64,000 nucleotides of DNA, taken from an uncultured Verrucomicrobiae bacterium (lineage in GTDB: Bacteria > Verrucomicrobiota > Verrucomicrobiia > Chthoniobacterales > Chthoniobacteraceae). A program made the translations under genes and the position numbers. The notes beneath the pieces were generated by a model. The model did no database searches. It was given only the letters and a program-made list of their open reading frames with translations, and was not told the DNA's origin. Positions within the stretch are counted from its first letter, which is position 1, and each line of letters starts with the position of its first letter. This document shows, in pieces, positions 47,701 to 57,849 of the stretch. The stretch covers positions 96,001 to 160,000 of the forward strand of contig CAWHEP010000009.1 of assembly GCA_963828525.1 (NCBI GenBank), given 5' to 3'.

Positions 47701-49820
47701 GCCTACAGGTCGCCGCTCGTGAAAAAGAACGGGAGGAGTCAGAGCGCTCAAGGCAGGCCTTGGCCAAGGAATTGGGAGATCTGCGGAACGCCCACGAGGA
47801 ACTCGGGGTAAAGATGGTCGAGCACCAGAAGAGAGCGGCAAATCTTCTCGAGGAGAAGAACAATGCTTCCGCGAGTCTTGCCGCGCTCACAATCGCGTCC
47901 CAGGAAAACGAAGCGAAGGCAGCCGCAAGAGATCGGGCGCACGCGGAGAAGATCGCTATCCACTCTCGGGAACACGCCGCGCTCTCCGCCAGACTGGAGG
48001 AAGCGCGCGGCAGCCTCCAGGCGGTGACCAGCGAACGGGATGAACACGCGGCGGCGGTCGCGAAGCTTCGCGAAGAGAGCGCGATCCTGGCGAAGAACAG
48101 CGCGGAATTGACTTCAAACCTCGCGGAAAGACACGCGGCGTTTGCCGCGCTCTCAAGCGACCACCAAAACGCCGTGAAAGAACTCGCGGTCGCTCGAAAA
48201 AGCTCTGACGATCTCGCCGCTGAGAAGAACCGAATCGAAGCGCGCGCGGCGGATTTGGAGAAGGCGGCGGCTGAGATGGCGCTGGCGAAAGCCGGCAGTG
48301 ACAGTGAAGTGGCCGCGTTAAAGAAGGAGCGGGAAGACGTGGCGAGCCAGCACTCCGCCACCGCGGCCCTTCTCGCGGCGAAGGAGAAAGAAGCCGTCGA
48401 GCTTCGGAACTCTGCTGATAGGGCATTGGCAGATCTCAACGCCGCCCGGAAGGAGCGCGACGAAATTGCCGACGAAAAAGCCGCGTTACAATCCAGACTC
48501 GTTGAAAGGGAGCTGGCTATTGTCGAACTCTCCAAGTCGGGAGAGAAAGGCGCGAAGGAACTTGCCGCTTTGCAAAAGGAGCGGGAGGAAATAGCCAGAA
48601 GCCGGGCTCTGTTGTCCGGCCAGCTTGCCGAACGCGACAAACTCCTGGCCGAGCGCATCAAGGCGCACAACGAGCTTTCCAAGGCCAGCGAATCATGGGT
48701 GGGGGACCTTGCCTCGGCGCGCAAGCACCGCGATGACGCGTTGAAGGAGAAATCGGCGACCCTCGCGAAGTTGACGGATAAGGAGAAGGCTTTCGCGGAG
48801 CTAACCAAGACCCTGGAGAGAAACGCGAAAGAGCTGGCTTTCCTCAAAAAGGAACGGGACGAAGTCATAAAGGATCGCAACGCGACGGCCGGGCGGCTCG
48901 CGGAGCGGGACAGGACGATCTCCGGCATGACAGAGTCCCGAGAGAAAGCCGTCGCAGCCGCCAAAGCTTCTCTTTCAAAGGAACGGGACGATCTCAAAAT
49001 CCGGCTCGAACAAGCGGAAGCCGCGCACCGCAAGGCGATCGAGACGGCGAACCAGGAGCGCGACGCAAGTCTCAAGGCCCACGCCGATATCTCCGACGAC
49101 GCGGCGCGGGCAAAAGAAGCGCACGCCCAGGAAAAGGCGAAGGTTCTTGGCGACGTCGAGGAGGTCATTTTGCAGCGTAACAAGATCACAACCAAGCTGG
49201 AAGAGACGACTGCCGCGGCGGAGAAGCTCCGCGAGGAGCGCGACCAGCTTGCCCGGCAGCAAGCCTCCTTCGAGGAAGTGAAAGCGCGCGCTGCCCGCCT
49301 CGAGCGGGAACGCGACAGCCTTCGCCTGCACGTCACGGAAGTCACTTCAGAACTGGAGGCGGTAGCGGCTGAAAGAGACCAGGCATTCGACGCCGCCCAA
49401 AAGGCCCTTGAGTCCAAGCGCAGCCAGATGGAGGTCTTCGGAGGCAATTACCGCAAAGTCAGCCAGGAGAAACAGCTAACGCTGGAGCAAATGGCGGCGG
49501 CGGCTCAGGAGCACAGGGCAACAACTGCCGCCCTTCAGGAACAGCACGGCAGTCAGATTGCCACGCTGCGCGCCGAACTGGAATCCTTGCGCGCTGAACT
49601 GAAGCGCCAGGGAGACGACGCGGCAGCGGCGCGCCGGCAACTCTCCGACAAAGACAAGGCGCTGCGGGATGCCGCGGACACGGCCGCCAGCCTGCAGAAG
49701 CAAGTCGACGCGCTTGCCCACCAACGCGACTCCCTCGCTGCCGAGAAAGAGGAGTTGCTCACGCTGCCCCGCATACGCCCGACGGCCACGCCGCCACCGC
49801 CGCTGAACCTCGGCTCCTGA
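44739..49820 (+). CDS. Very large cytoplasmic coiled-coil protein (1693 aa), function unknown
   Basis: Pro-rich disordered N-terminus with a small globular island, then ~1350 aa of A/E/K/R/L heptads with recurrent ERD motifs; no Walker A, signal peptide or TM seen. Confidence 0.85.
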   Translation: MIESFLSRFKAKRTEEPSPEAAPVPEPPKNDDAGKVETAQTGSLLDGITKDKAESRNAGPTSSKMPPAWHSRANVPAGKPGDAVDPAKKQSEPPAKIALEVGDFLHRIPPHLLKPGPHDLSQKIFFKVSELSASIAEGKATIALSEIARLCPEIFQRPITPADEAEIFFPWHKLAERVRSQRSVNEPRAAAAKLPRREPAFPAFPAGGNAAQRKSEPAETVPAPDSTDADESKVEAKLTKQPWFKSPSPQEPVAKDPPLRTAKEMPSGAVTALPAPAPLRLSTTEGDISPIGAVTTLPEQERPAEALLLSPLPSAVSDPEAQRKQTGLIEQQRFTVIKERDEARSLLAENASLHKRQVDSLQKDLGSAFAERDRVAMELAQLRDSQRRQAETLAQERDAAVRERDRLAAQIAKDKGARTQEMLLLAQERDGAVKLKDEVSETLQTQISSLSQERDHLATERDKISSELEGARQNLKEQSQGAATKKAETSAAEAAAAGDLIASLMRERDKALAALLPVEKQIDSLKEEMKALAASSESQREKLEKERDAALNQIARAREARSQELDALKRKHDTAINAREQKIASLDRDLQSHRGQLEAVSSERDEAAKERAEAVSRLGAGDDDHKREAEEKLAAMRAELESLKKERDKSSAELVALRHSSASELKNLRGAHEEAIGKLAAHQRSAEQLLSDKEAAVASLAAMALAARELEEKSAAKDAALSEMTTLTEQVAALREERAALAATLAEAQGTLRATATERDQAMKEREEAVSRLAAMALATKELEEKSAAKDAALSEMTTLTEQVAAMREERAALEATLAEAQGTLRATATERDQAMKEREEAVSRLGAAEEDYKKEAEAKLTAMGVELEGLRKELDAARTEALRVKEAGASEVAALRKAHADVGGSLVEHQKRAARLLGEKEAALGSLAVLTATAKELQEKLHATQTGGQTLSAERDAAIRERDAAVSALAAEENHKKEILAELDAARLQVAAREKEREESERSRQALAKELGDLRNAHEELGVKMVEHQKRAANLLEEKNNASASLAALTIASQENEAKAAARDRAHAEKIAIHSREHAALSARLEEARGSLQAVTSERDEHAAAVAKLREESAILAKNSAELTSNLAERHAAFAALSSDHQNAVKELAVARKSSDDLAAEKNRIEARAADLEKAAAEMALAKAGSDSEVAALKKEREDVASQHSATAALLAAKEKEAVELRNSADRALADLNAARKERDEIADEKAALQSRLVERELAIVELSKSGEKGAKELAALQKEREEIARSRALLSGQLAERDKLLAERIKAHNELSKASESWVGDLASARKHRDDALKEKSATLAKLTDKEKAFAELTKTLERNAKELAFLKKERDEVIKDRNATAGRLAERDRTISGMTESREKAVAAAKASLSKERDDLKIRLEQAEAAHRKAIETANQERDASLKAHADISDDAARAKEAHAQEKAKVLGDVEEVILQRNKITTKLEETTAAAEKLREERDQLARQQASFEEVKARAARLERERDSLRLHVTEVTSELEAVAAERDQAFDAAQKALESKRSQMEVFGGNYRKVSQEKQLTLEQMAAAAQEHRATTAALQEQHGSQIATLRAELESLRAELKRQGDDAAAARRQLSDKDKALRDAADTAASLQKQVDALAHQRDSLAAEKEELLTLPRIRPTATPPPPLNLGS
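46839..47276 (+). repeat. Near-identical in-frame tandem duplication, 2 x 219 bp (73 aa)
   Basis: 46839-47057 vs 47058-47276: AAMALA(A/T)(R/K)ELEEKSAAKDAALSEMTTLTEQVAA...ERDQAMKEREEAVSRL. Confidence 0.95.
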
Positions 49821-49847
49821 TTCTCCTGGCGTCACATAGGTCGGCGA

Positions 49848-50266
49848 ATGGTTAAATCAGTCATCGAATACGAGGGACGCTTGCATTGCAGGGCGACACA
49901 CGGCCCCTCCGGCACTGTCATCAACACAGATGCTCCAGTGGATAACCACGGTTTGGGAGAGGCATTTTCTCCCACAGACCTGGTTGCCGCGGCATTGGGA
50001 ACATGCATGGCCACAATCATGGGCATTTACGCCAGCCAGCACTCAATTGATCTCGCTGGCATGAAGATCGAGGTGGCCAAAGAAATGAGCGTGGAGGCTC
50101 CGAGGCGCATCCGACGGATTTCGACAGAGGTGTGGCTCCCCATCGAAAAGGCTGTTGATCCAGACGGTCTCCTTGAGGCGCCGCGCTCGCCTGCCCCGTT
50201 CACCAAAGTCTCGACCCGGCAATGGAAAAGCCCGTCACCTTCCACTGGAAAACCCCGGAGGGCTAG
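49848..50266 (+). CDS. OsmC family protein (frameshift near 50178)
   Basis: TDAP.DNHG.G..FSPTDL.AAALGTC; adding one base restores AALACPVHQSL...FHW with stop at 50266. Confidence 0.85.
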
Positions 50267-50284
50267 CCGCCGTATGCTGCCCGT

Positions 50285-52322
50285 TTAATCTTTCAGACGT
50301 CTCCTTGCTTGCAGGTCCCGGCAAGGGAGAGATTCCGCACCAAAGCGGCAAATTGAGCGACGCGCTTTTCTTCCCTCTCGTCAGGTCCGTAGCGTAGCGC
50401 GATATACTCGTCTCGAATTTGCTCGATGGCTGTGCTCTTCGCGGGGAATCGGGCCAAGGGCGCGCCGGGAAAACTCCAGCGGACCCTCCCACCCCTCGCG
50501 CGCCAATCCGGAGTCGGCGAGACGCTGGCAGAATCCCTGATAGATGAGGCTTACCTTGTCTCGCCGCGCGCGGGATCGCAGGTGCATCCAACCCGCCAGC
50601 AAGTGAAGCACAAAGGCGATGCCGATAGCGCAATGAAAGATCAGCCAGAGATTTCGAGTGTCCTCCAAGCCAGCCAGCGTCAAAAAGCCGCGCTGGCTTT
50701 GCCCATCGTAACCAAGGACGCGCAGGTTCCACTGATAGTTCGCGGTGTCCCATACCAGTTGGGCTTCGCGCAGTATTTCCCGCAAACCCACCGCGCTGGC
50801 CGAGGATGTGTTTCGCGCGTTGATAGTCGCGGCTGCGGAAGCCGATTCCAGGAAGGACTCAAGGCCGGAACTGACCCTCTCCGGCGCGACGACGGTGGTG
50901 GGATCCACATGAAGCCATCCGCGGCCTTTCATCCAAACCTCGCACCACGCGTGCGCGTCGCTCTGCCGCACAATTACATATCCGCCCAGGCTGTTATACT
51001 GGCCACCCAGGTAACCCAGGACTACGCGTGATGGAATGTTGGCCGCCCGCATGAGGGTGGCGAAAGCGGCTGCATAGTGTTCGCAAAAGCCGAATTTCCG
51101 GTGGAAGAGGAACTCGTCCAGAGAATCGTCTTTGTACCCGCCAGGGGAGAGCGTATAGACAAACCGCTCTTTACGAAAGAAGCGCAGCGCCGCGCTGACG
51201 ATGTCGCGCTCCGACGCGTTCCCCTGCAGCCACGAGCCGACAAGTTGCTTCACCTCGGGACTCAGCGGAGGTGTTGAGAGCGCAAGTTTGAGGATGCGGG
51301 GCGAAAGGACTGTTTGGTGATTCTCGGAACGGGATGTCACGTCATAGCACAGCGGCGTGACGATGGGCTTCGGGCTTTCGAGGACTCCGCCCGCCCGGTA
51401 GATGAACGATTTGGCGGGCTCCGGGCGATCCAGCGCGAAAAGCCATTTACCCCCTTGTGGCTCGATCGTGATGCGCTGCATGATCAGCTCTCCGCCAAGA
51501 GGCTCAACCGTTGACTCGCCGACCTGCGAGGCGCCTCGCTCCCACGACAGGCCGTCATCCTGCCAGAGCACCGCTCCCCGCCAGGTACATCATCGTCGGA
51601 CTCGGGATCGCTCCCCCGAGAAAATCCACTCGGAACGCGATGTCGTTGGAGATGGCGATGCTGGATATCGTGCCCGGCTTCATTTCATCGGACATCCCCT
51701 CGTTGTTGAAATGGGGCGTCCCAAGTTGGAATCTGAAGACACCCTCGAAACGAGGGAAAAGCAGAAACAGAAGGACTGTGAGAGGAAGCGATTGCGCGAG
51801 CAGCGTCAGCGACAGCCGGGCGGCGGGCACGATCTGGTTGCGGGGATGCCAGGAGGCGAGATGAAGATGCACCAAGGCTGCTGTAATCACTACGAAGACC
51901 AAACCGACATACAGGCACATCGGAAGGTCCTGTGAGAAAAACAGAGCCATGACGCAAAGGAAGTAGCCCAGCAGGGCCAGCACTCGAAAATCCCGGGAGG
52001 ATTTGGTTTCGAGCACCTTCAGCGAAAGCAGCACCAGCATGATCGCCGCGCCAGGTTCGAGCCCGACAATGGTGTTGTAGGTGATGAGCGTCGCGCTGAT
52101 CCCAACCAGAAAGACGATCACTCCAAGCGCCCAGATCGACCACTGGCCGAGCCACCGCTCGGCCACGAGGCGTCCGAAGGCCGCTACCAGCAACAGCGCT
52201 AAAATAATGATCGGAAGTTTCCCGATCATCGGGAGCGCCGCCATTGTGACGCCCAAGCTGATGAACGCGACTGACTGCCGTGGGATGGTCTGCTTTCGCC
52301 AGGAGAAAACGCGCAGGTTCAT
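50285..52322 (-). CDS. TgpA-like transglutaminase (DUF3488 + TGase + DUF4129), broken by two frameshifts
   Basis: TM DUF3488 region (LKVLE..S.RD, FPR, AFRV.F); GFCEHYA, AHAWCEVW and DPT triad; +1 shifts near 51585 (Y/WRGAVL) and 50458 (restores EYIALRYG). Confidence 0.85.
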
Positions 52323-53317
52323 GAGGCAGTCTCCGTTCCTGGGGGATGGACCGCCAAAACTTGCAGACAATGGTGATAATGCGCGTCGCCGCGCCCGGGG
52401 AGGATGTTCACTCCGGGAATAGTGAGACCATATATCCTCTGTGAGCGTTCAGCCTTGATCACCCACAGAGCCAGCTGCGACAACCTCGCCTCCGTGTCCA
52501 AACCTGGCAGAGATTCCCACTCGAGCGAGAGCCGGTCATCCTGCTCCGCCGAAAACTGCTTCACCAGCAGCGGCTGCCCCCTTGCGACAGCCTTCCAGTC
52601 CACATGGCGCTGCGATTCGCCGAGTTGATAAGCTCGCACCCCCGCGAAGTCATCCCCTTCCCGCCTGGCGCCTTCGCGCTCAGCCGCGGTTGCCTGGCGT
52701 GAGCTCGGCAACTCCTCACGGCCGCTGGGAGCGGGATAGACAAGATATCGCTGCTCCACCGAGACGGATTGTTCGGCCTTGAAGAAACCGAGAGGATAGC
52801 TACTGGAGAGCTTTAATCGGGTAACAACGTGTGAGCCCCGGCCCGTCGCGATGAAACGGATTTCCGCCCGTTCCGCCGCATTCGGCTCCAACCCATGGAT
52901 GAACGCGAGGCCGCTGGGAACCACACCCTGCATCGACTGCAATAACCGCCGCGTAAAGCGGTTGTCGGAGCCAGTCCTCTTTAACCCCCGCCCCTCCGCG
53001 CCAGGTTCATAGACGGAGACACGCAATCCGTATCGCCGGGCGCGCGACTGGTTATTTGCCTCAAGCGGGATGACTATTTCCTGGCCAGCGAAAGCCGGCT
53101 CAGCCGATTCTAGCGCCATCCGGCACCCACTGAGGTTCAGCAATGTATGGACGCAGGAGATCAGCGCGATGCTGCCAAGCACGAAGAAAAACATGTAGAC
53201 TGCCGCGCTGCTCTGGCTGGCGGCGGCATACCACATGCCAAAAAGCAGCAGGCCGAGTCCGCCTCCGTTCCACGTGGGGGAGAGAAAAACCCACCCTTGA
53301 AAGGAATTTCTCTTCAA
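52319..53317 (-). CDS. DUF58 domain protein
   Basis: SSYPLGFF, VYPAP, DFAGVRAYQLGE and VDWKA; between MoxR and TgpA. Confidence 0.88.
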   Translation of the reverse strand: MKRNSFQGWVFLSPTWNGGGLGLLLFGMWYAAASQSSAAVYMFFFVLGSIALISCVHTLLNLSGCRMALESAEPAFAGQEIVIPLEANNQSRARRYGLRVSVYEPGAEGRGLKRTGSDNRFTRRLLQSMQGVVPSGLAFIHGLEPNAAERAEIRFIATGRGSHVVTRLKLSSSYPLGFFKAEQSVSVEQRYLVYPAPSGREELPSSRQATAAEREGARREGDDFAGVRAYQLGESQRHVDWKAVARGQPLLVKQFSAEQDDRLSLEWESLPGLDTEARLSQLALWVIKAERSQRIYGLTIPGVNILPGRGDAHYHHCLQVLAVHPPGTETAS

Positions 53318-53342
53318 CGTCAGCGCCGGTTTTCGGAGATGT

Positions 53343-54365
53343 TCAGTTCACTCCGACGGACTTCAGCAGGTTTTCGGCGAGGGCTCGCCCCGACTCTCCG
53401 GAATTTTCGACATCGTGTCCGAGGCGGTGCGCCATGACCGCGACACCCACGGCTTGCACATCTTCCGGGAGCACCATGTCACGCCCCTGCATCAGCGCCC
53501 ACGCTTGGGAGGCATGGAGCAGGGCGAGGCCGGCGCGGGGCGAAAGGCCTATCCTATGTCGGCGCCTGCTCGCCTCCAGGAGATCCTGCAAGTAGTCCAG
53601 CAAAGGCCCCGACACGTGCGTCTTCCTCGCCTGCTTCTGCACCTCGTGCAACATGTCGCCGGAGAACACCGCCTGCATCTTCAGTAAAAGCTCACGACGA
53701 TCCATTCCCAACAGCATCGCGCGTTCGCTCGCGCGATCTGGCACGCCCAGCTCGATCCGCATAAGGAACCTGTCCAGTTGCGATTCAGGCAGCGGGAAGG
53801 TGCCGATCTGCTGCTGGGGATTTTGCGTCGCGATGACGAAGAACGGACTGGGAAGCGGATGAGTCACACCATCTATGGACACATGGTTCTCTTCCATCGC
53901 CTCCAGCAGCGCGCTCTGGGTCTTCGGCGTGGCGCGATTGATCTCGTCAATGAGAACAACCTGGGAAAACAGTGGGCCCGGGTGGAAAGTGAATCGCTTT
54001 TCGTTCTGATCGAAGATCGAGTTCCCAAGGATGTCGGCGGGCAGCAGGTCGCTTGTAAACTGCACCCGGCGAAAGTTCAACCCCAGCGAATTTGCCAGCG
54101 CGTGAGAGAGAGTCGTTTTCCCTACTCCAGGCACATCCTCGATCAGCAAATGCCCGCGCGCCACAAAACAAGTCACAGCGAGCCGGACGGAACGTTCCTT
54201 GCCGACGATAATCCTGCTCACCTGGTCGGTGAACTCCTCGATGCGGCTTCTCACTGATTTAACATCAGCGAGAGCGCGTCCCTTTGCAACGACGCTGCCT
54301 GTCGATCCATTTACAAAGTTGCCTTCTTGTCTCAGCGCCGGTTCTTCCAACGAAATCTCGCTCAT
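53343..54365 (-). CDS. MoxR-family AAA+ ATPase
   Basis: EDVPGVGKT, RVQFTSDLLPAD, DEINRA, ATQNP and QLDRF. Confidence 0.93.
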   Translation of the reverse strand: MSEISLEEPALRQEGNFVNGSTGSVVAKGRALADVKSVRSRIEEFTDQVSRIIVGKERSVRLAVTCFVARGHLLIEDVPGVGKTTLSHALANSLGLNFRRVQFTSDLLPADILGNSIFDQNEKRFTFHPGPLFSQVVLIDEINRATPKTQSALLEAMEENHVSIDGVTHPLPSPFFVIATQNPQQQIGTFPLPESQLDRFLMRIELGVPDRASERAMLLGMDRRELLLKMQAVFSGDMLHEVQKQARKTHVSGPLLDYLQDLLEASRRRHRIGLSPRAGLALLHASQAWALMQGRDMVLPEDVQAVGVAVMAHRLGHDVENSGESGRALAENLLKSVGVN

Positions 54366-54542
54366 CGCAGAGCCGAGAAAAGCAGGAATCCGGCCATCAT
54401 AGGAGGAAACCTGGCTGGTCAAATAAGTCCCGGCCGGAAACGCGCCTGTAACATGAGCGCCACCTAAATGTAGCAACAAACCTTTCGACCTCCGCTGGTA
54501 AACTGTCGAAACTGCGAGCCAACCCAAAAAGAAGGATCATTT

Positions 54543-54794
54543 ATGACGGAAATCAGCATTCTTGACGGCAATTTGGTGATGCAAATCCATGGACAGCCCT
54601 CCTGCTTCCAAACGCGCATGGAGATACCGCTCGATCGAGTTATCGGCGTCAATGCGGCCCATCCGCCTCGGAAGAGCCTTCACGCCATTGCGCTGGATGT
54701 TCGCAATCACTATTCAAGAATGGTCGTGGAAGTTGCTGACCCGGCAGCCGCCATCGACCTTGTCCGCAAGGCGATTCCGGCGGCGACGCGTTGA
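54543..54794 (+). CDS. Small conserved hypothetical protein (appears internally shortened)
   Basis: GAAGGA SD; EIPL..V.GV and Y.RMVVEVADP.AA motifs. Confidence 0.6.
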   Translation: MTEISILDGNLVMQIHGQPSCFQTRMEIPLDRVIGVNAAHPPRKSLHAIALDVRNHYSRMVVEVADPAAAIDLVRKAIPAATR

Positions 54795-54916
54795 GCTTCA
54801 AGGCTCGCCGAATCGGTCGATATCCAAGCTGGCGCCCGACTCACCCTTGCTTGTGAGGCGGCACCCTGGCGATTCTTCGACGTGAGTTCCGCGCAAACAG
54901 TGTTACACTCTCTTTG

Positions 54917-56228
54917 ATGTTTGAGATCAAGGAACGGGAGAAGCTCGTCGAGCGCGCTTTTCTCATCGGATCGTATGTGGACGCGGGGCGGAAAGGCGAG
55001 GCGGAAAGCCTTCTGGAGGAACTTGAGGAACTGGTCTCAACACTGGGGTTGCCCATCATAGATCGGATGCTGGTGCATCACCGGGAGTATCATGCCCGCT
55101 ACCTCGTCGGCTCTGGCAAGGCTCAGGAGATCGCGGATCGGATGAAGGAGCGCCATTGCGATGTCCTGGTCTTCGATAACGAACTGACTCCCGCTCAGCA
55201 GCGCAATTGGGAGGAACTCACCGGGGCAACAGTGGCGGACAGGCACGAAATCATCCTCGATATTTTTGGCGCGCGCGCCCAGACCCGTGAAGCGAAGCTG
55301 CAAGTAGACCTCGCGCGGATGGAGGTACTCGATGCCGCGTCTGACGCGGGCCTGGAGCCACCTTGGCCAGCAGGGCGGCGGGATCGGGGCGAAGGGCGAG
55401 GGTGAAAGCCAGCTCGAGCAGGATAAGCGAAAGATTCGCGGGCAGATTGAACGGCTCAAAGAGGAACTCGAGGATGTCCGGAGATCCAGAGCCACGCAGC
55501 GGAAGGATCGCAAACGCGCTCCCGTTCCCAATGCGGCAATCGTGGGCTACACCAATGCCGGCAAATCCTCGATGTTGCGCCGGTTGACGGGAGCCGAGGT
55601 GCTCGTGGAGGACAAACTTTTTGCCACGCTGGACACCACCACCCGCAAGATCGCCCTGCCAAACAAGCAGCCTCTGCTCCTCACCGATACGGTCGGCTTC
55701 GTCCGCAAGCTGCCGCATGAGCTTGTAGAATCCTTCAACGCGACATTGGAAGAAGCGGTAATGTCCGACTTCCTCATCCATGTGCTCGACGCCTCCCAGC
55801 CGGAAGTCATGGAATTTTACAACACGACGATGCGCGTCCTTGCTGATCTTAAAGCGGACGTCAAGGAGACGCTTGTCGTTTTCAACAAAGTGGACAAGGT
55901 GGAGGATCCCACTGTGCTCGCCGGACTTCGCAGGCATTTCCCAGAAGCTGTTTTCATCTCGCTGCGCACGGATGCGGGTGTCGATTTACTCATCGAGCGA
56001 ATTGGGGACTTTGTGAGCAAAGGGAGCGTGACTCTCGATTTACGGCTGCCTGCTCGCCGGGCAGACGTACTGGCGCGGCTCCATCGGGAGGGCACTGTGC
56101 TCGAAACAACCTATGAAGGCGAGAGCATCCATGTCCTCGCCACCGTATCGAGGCGCGCGATGGATGCGCTTGTTCCTTACATTGCCAATCCCGCCATTTC
56201 CGAGGCCAGCCCCGTCATCGCGGCATAG
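54917..56228 (+). CDS. hflX: GTPase HflX (one frameshift near 55325)
   Basis: GSGKA, LTPAQQRN, ILDIF..RA.TREAKLQV; VGYTNAGKS, LFATLD, DTVGF and NKVD; removing one G restores MEYSMPRL. Confidence 0.92.
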
Positions 56229-56237
56229 CCGGAGGCT

Positions 56238-56954
56238 CTACTCCGCGTGGTAGGCGGGCGCGTTCTCGATGGCAAGCTTCACGCGGGCGACTTGAACCCG
56301 GCTGTCGTCCCAAAGCACCTGCGTGATCTCATGCGGCGCGATGAGTATCTTTTTGCCTGAAAGCCAGCTTCCGGTATCCACCACAAACTGCTGTATCGTC
56401 CAGGTCGTGTCGTCCATCAGAAAATCCGAAACATGGCCCACCGCCCCATCCGTGGCCTCGATGTCGTACCCGATCATCTCCTCGGCGCTGCGCAGGTGGG
56501 CGTCCTCGTCTTCGCCGCGGGGTTTTGGATCGTCAGCGGCCGGAGGCATTTCGACCGGAGGTCCCATCGGAAAAGCGCCCGTCCCCCACAACGCGCCCGG
56601 GAACGCGCTTCCCCCCCAAACGGAGCCGCCTTCCCAGTAGGAGGGCCAACCGTAGTAGCGGTAGTATTCCTCCTCATAGACGCGGGAAACAGGCCGGTGC
56701 GATTCGATTGAAGGGCTGTCTTCTATCTGCTTCCGGGTGAGTTTGACTTCCAGAACTTTCCCATCCTTTGCGAGGCTTCCGAGCGCCACGGGTGAAAGAA
56801 GCACAAGACGACCGCTCAGCCATGAGCCGGTGTCAGCCACCACATAACGCACGGCCCAATTCTGATCGTCGAAATAAAAGTCTTTCACATGGCCGATCTC
56901 CCCGTCGACCGCGCCAAGTTTGTCGCCGTGCAACTGTTTTACGCTTCGAAGCAT
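56238..56954 (-). CDS. Double PRC-barrel domain protein
   Basis: Two A.DG..G.V.DF..DD..W....V.DTG.WLSG units flanking YYGWPSYW. Confidence 0.85.
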   Translation of the reverse strand: MLRSVKQLHGDKLGAVDGEIGHVKDFYFDDQNWAVRYVVADTGSWLSGRLVLLSPVALGSLAKDGKVLEVKLTRKQIEDSPSIESHRPVSRVYEEEYYRYYGWPSYWEGGSVWGGSAFPGALWGTGAFPMGPPVEMPPAADDPKPRGEDEDAHLRSAEEMIGYDIEATDGAVGHVSDFLMDDTTWTIQQFVVDTGSWLSGKKILIAPHEITQVLWDDSRVQVARVKLAIENAPAYHAE

Positions 56955-56985
56955 GCTTCGTTTCTGACCAAAAAAGCGGAAGCTG

Positions 56986-57816
56986 TCAAGCCTCCGGGAT
57001 CGAGGTAGACGCGGATTCAGCCGCGTGATTCAGCGCGTGAATAGAATGCCCACCATGATCCCATAGCAGGTGCTCCTGGATGCATCGAGTCACAAAACGT
57101 TTCGCTTCTCCGATGGCTTCTTCAAGCAAAAGGCCTTTTGCAATGCCTGCGGCAATCGCGGCGGAATAAGCGCAGCCAGTCCCGTGCGTCTTGACCCCAG
57201 CAACGAAGCCTGAGCTGAACTCCCGCGTGGAACCGCCAGAGCCAAGGATATCCGAGGCAACGGCTCCTTGCAAATGCCCGCCCTTCAGAAGGACAGCCGC
57301 GCCGCATTTGGACGCGAGCTCATTCACCGCGATCCTCATCTCCTCCACAGTGGTGACCGGCCTGCCTAGGATTACTTCCGCCTCATCAAGGTTCGGCGTG
57401 ATCAAATCAGCCATTGGGAAAAGGCGGTCGCGGTAGATTTCCAACGCGCCCGCATCCAACAGGGCATGGCCGCTTGTGGCGACCATGACGGGATCGACTA
57501 CAAGGAACGGTCGACGCGACATGGGCGCAAAAACACTTGTCAGAGCGCCGCACACTTCGTTCACGACCGCGCTTGAGTGGAGCAAACCCGTCTTGACCGC
57601 CGCAATGGGGAAACACTCAAACAGCAGGCGAATCTGTTCGGCTACCAGCCGAGGAGAGATCCCCTGTATCGCGCTCACCTTTCCCGGAATTTCGGCTACG
57701 ACACAGGTGATCGCGGTAAGTCCGTAAACGCCAAACGCGGTGAACGTTTTGAGATCCGCCTGAACCCCCGCCCCGGCGCTGCAATCTGAACCTCCTATGC
57801 TCAGGACACACTTCAT
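56986..57816 (-). CDS. thiD: Hydroxymethylpyrimidine/phosphomethylpyrimidine kinase
   Basis: GSD..AGAGVQADLKT, DPVMVA, TPN..EA, LKGGH and HGTGC. Confidence 0.93.
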   Translation of the reverse strand: MKCVLSIGGSDCSAGAGVQADLKTFTAFGVYGLTAITCVVAEIPGKVSAIQGISPRLVAEQIRLLFECFPIAAVKTGLLHSSAVVNEVCGALTSVFAPMSRRPFLVVDPVMVATSGHALLDAGALEIYRDRLFPMADLITPNLDEAEVILGRPVTTVEEMRIAVNELASKCGAAVLLKGGHLQGAVASDILGSGGSTREFSSGFVAGVKTHGTGCAYSAAIAAGIAKGLLLEEAIGEAKRFVTRCIQEHLLWDHGGHSIHALNHAAESASTSIPEA

Positions 57817-57849
57817 CTCAGCCGCTGGTGGAGATTCTGGCAGAACGAC

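Noticed and set aside
47663..49447. 594-aa (and 378-aa at 44732-45868) antisense ORFs in the coiled-coil gene
   Set aside because: Ser/Ala/Arg/Phe-rich mirror of A/E/K codons; no independent coding signal.
50285..54365. MoxR-DUF58-transglutaminase triad as a novel system
   Set aside because: Well-known, widespread gene arrangement.
55310..55340. Programmed frameshift in hflX
   Set aside because: No slippery sequence or stimulatory structure seen; the same indel pattern occurs in neighbouring unrelated genes.
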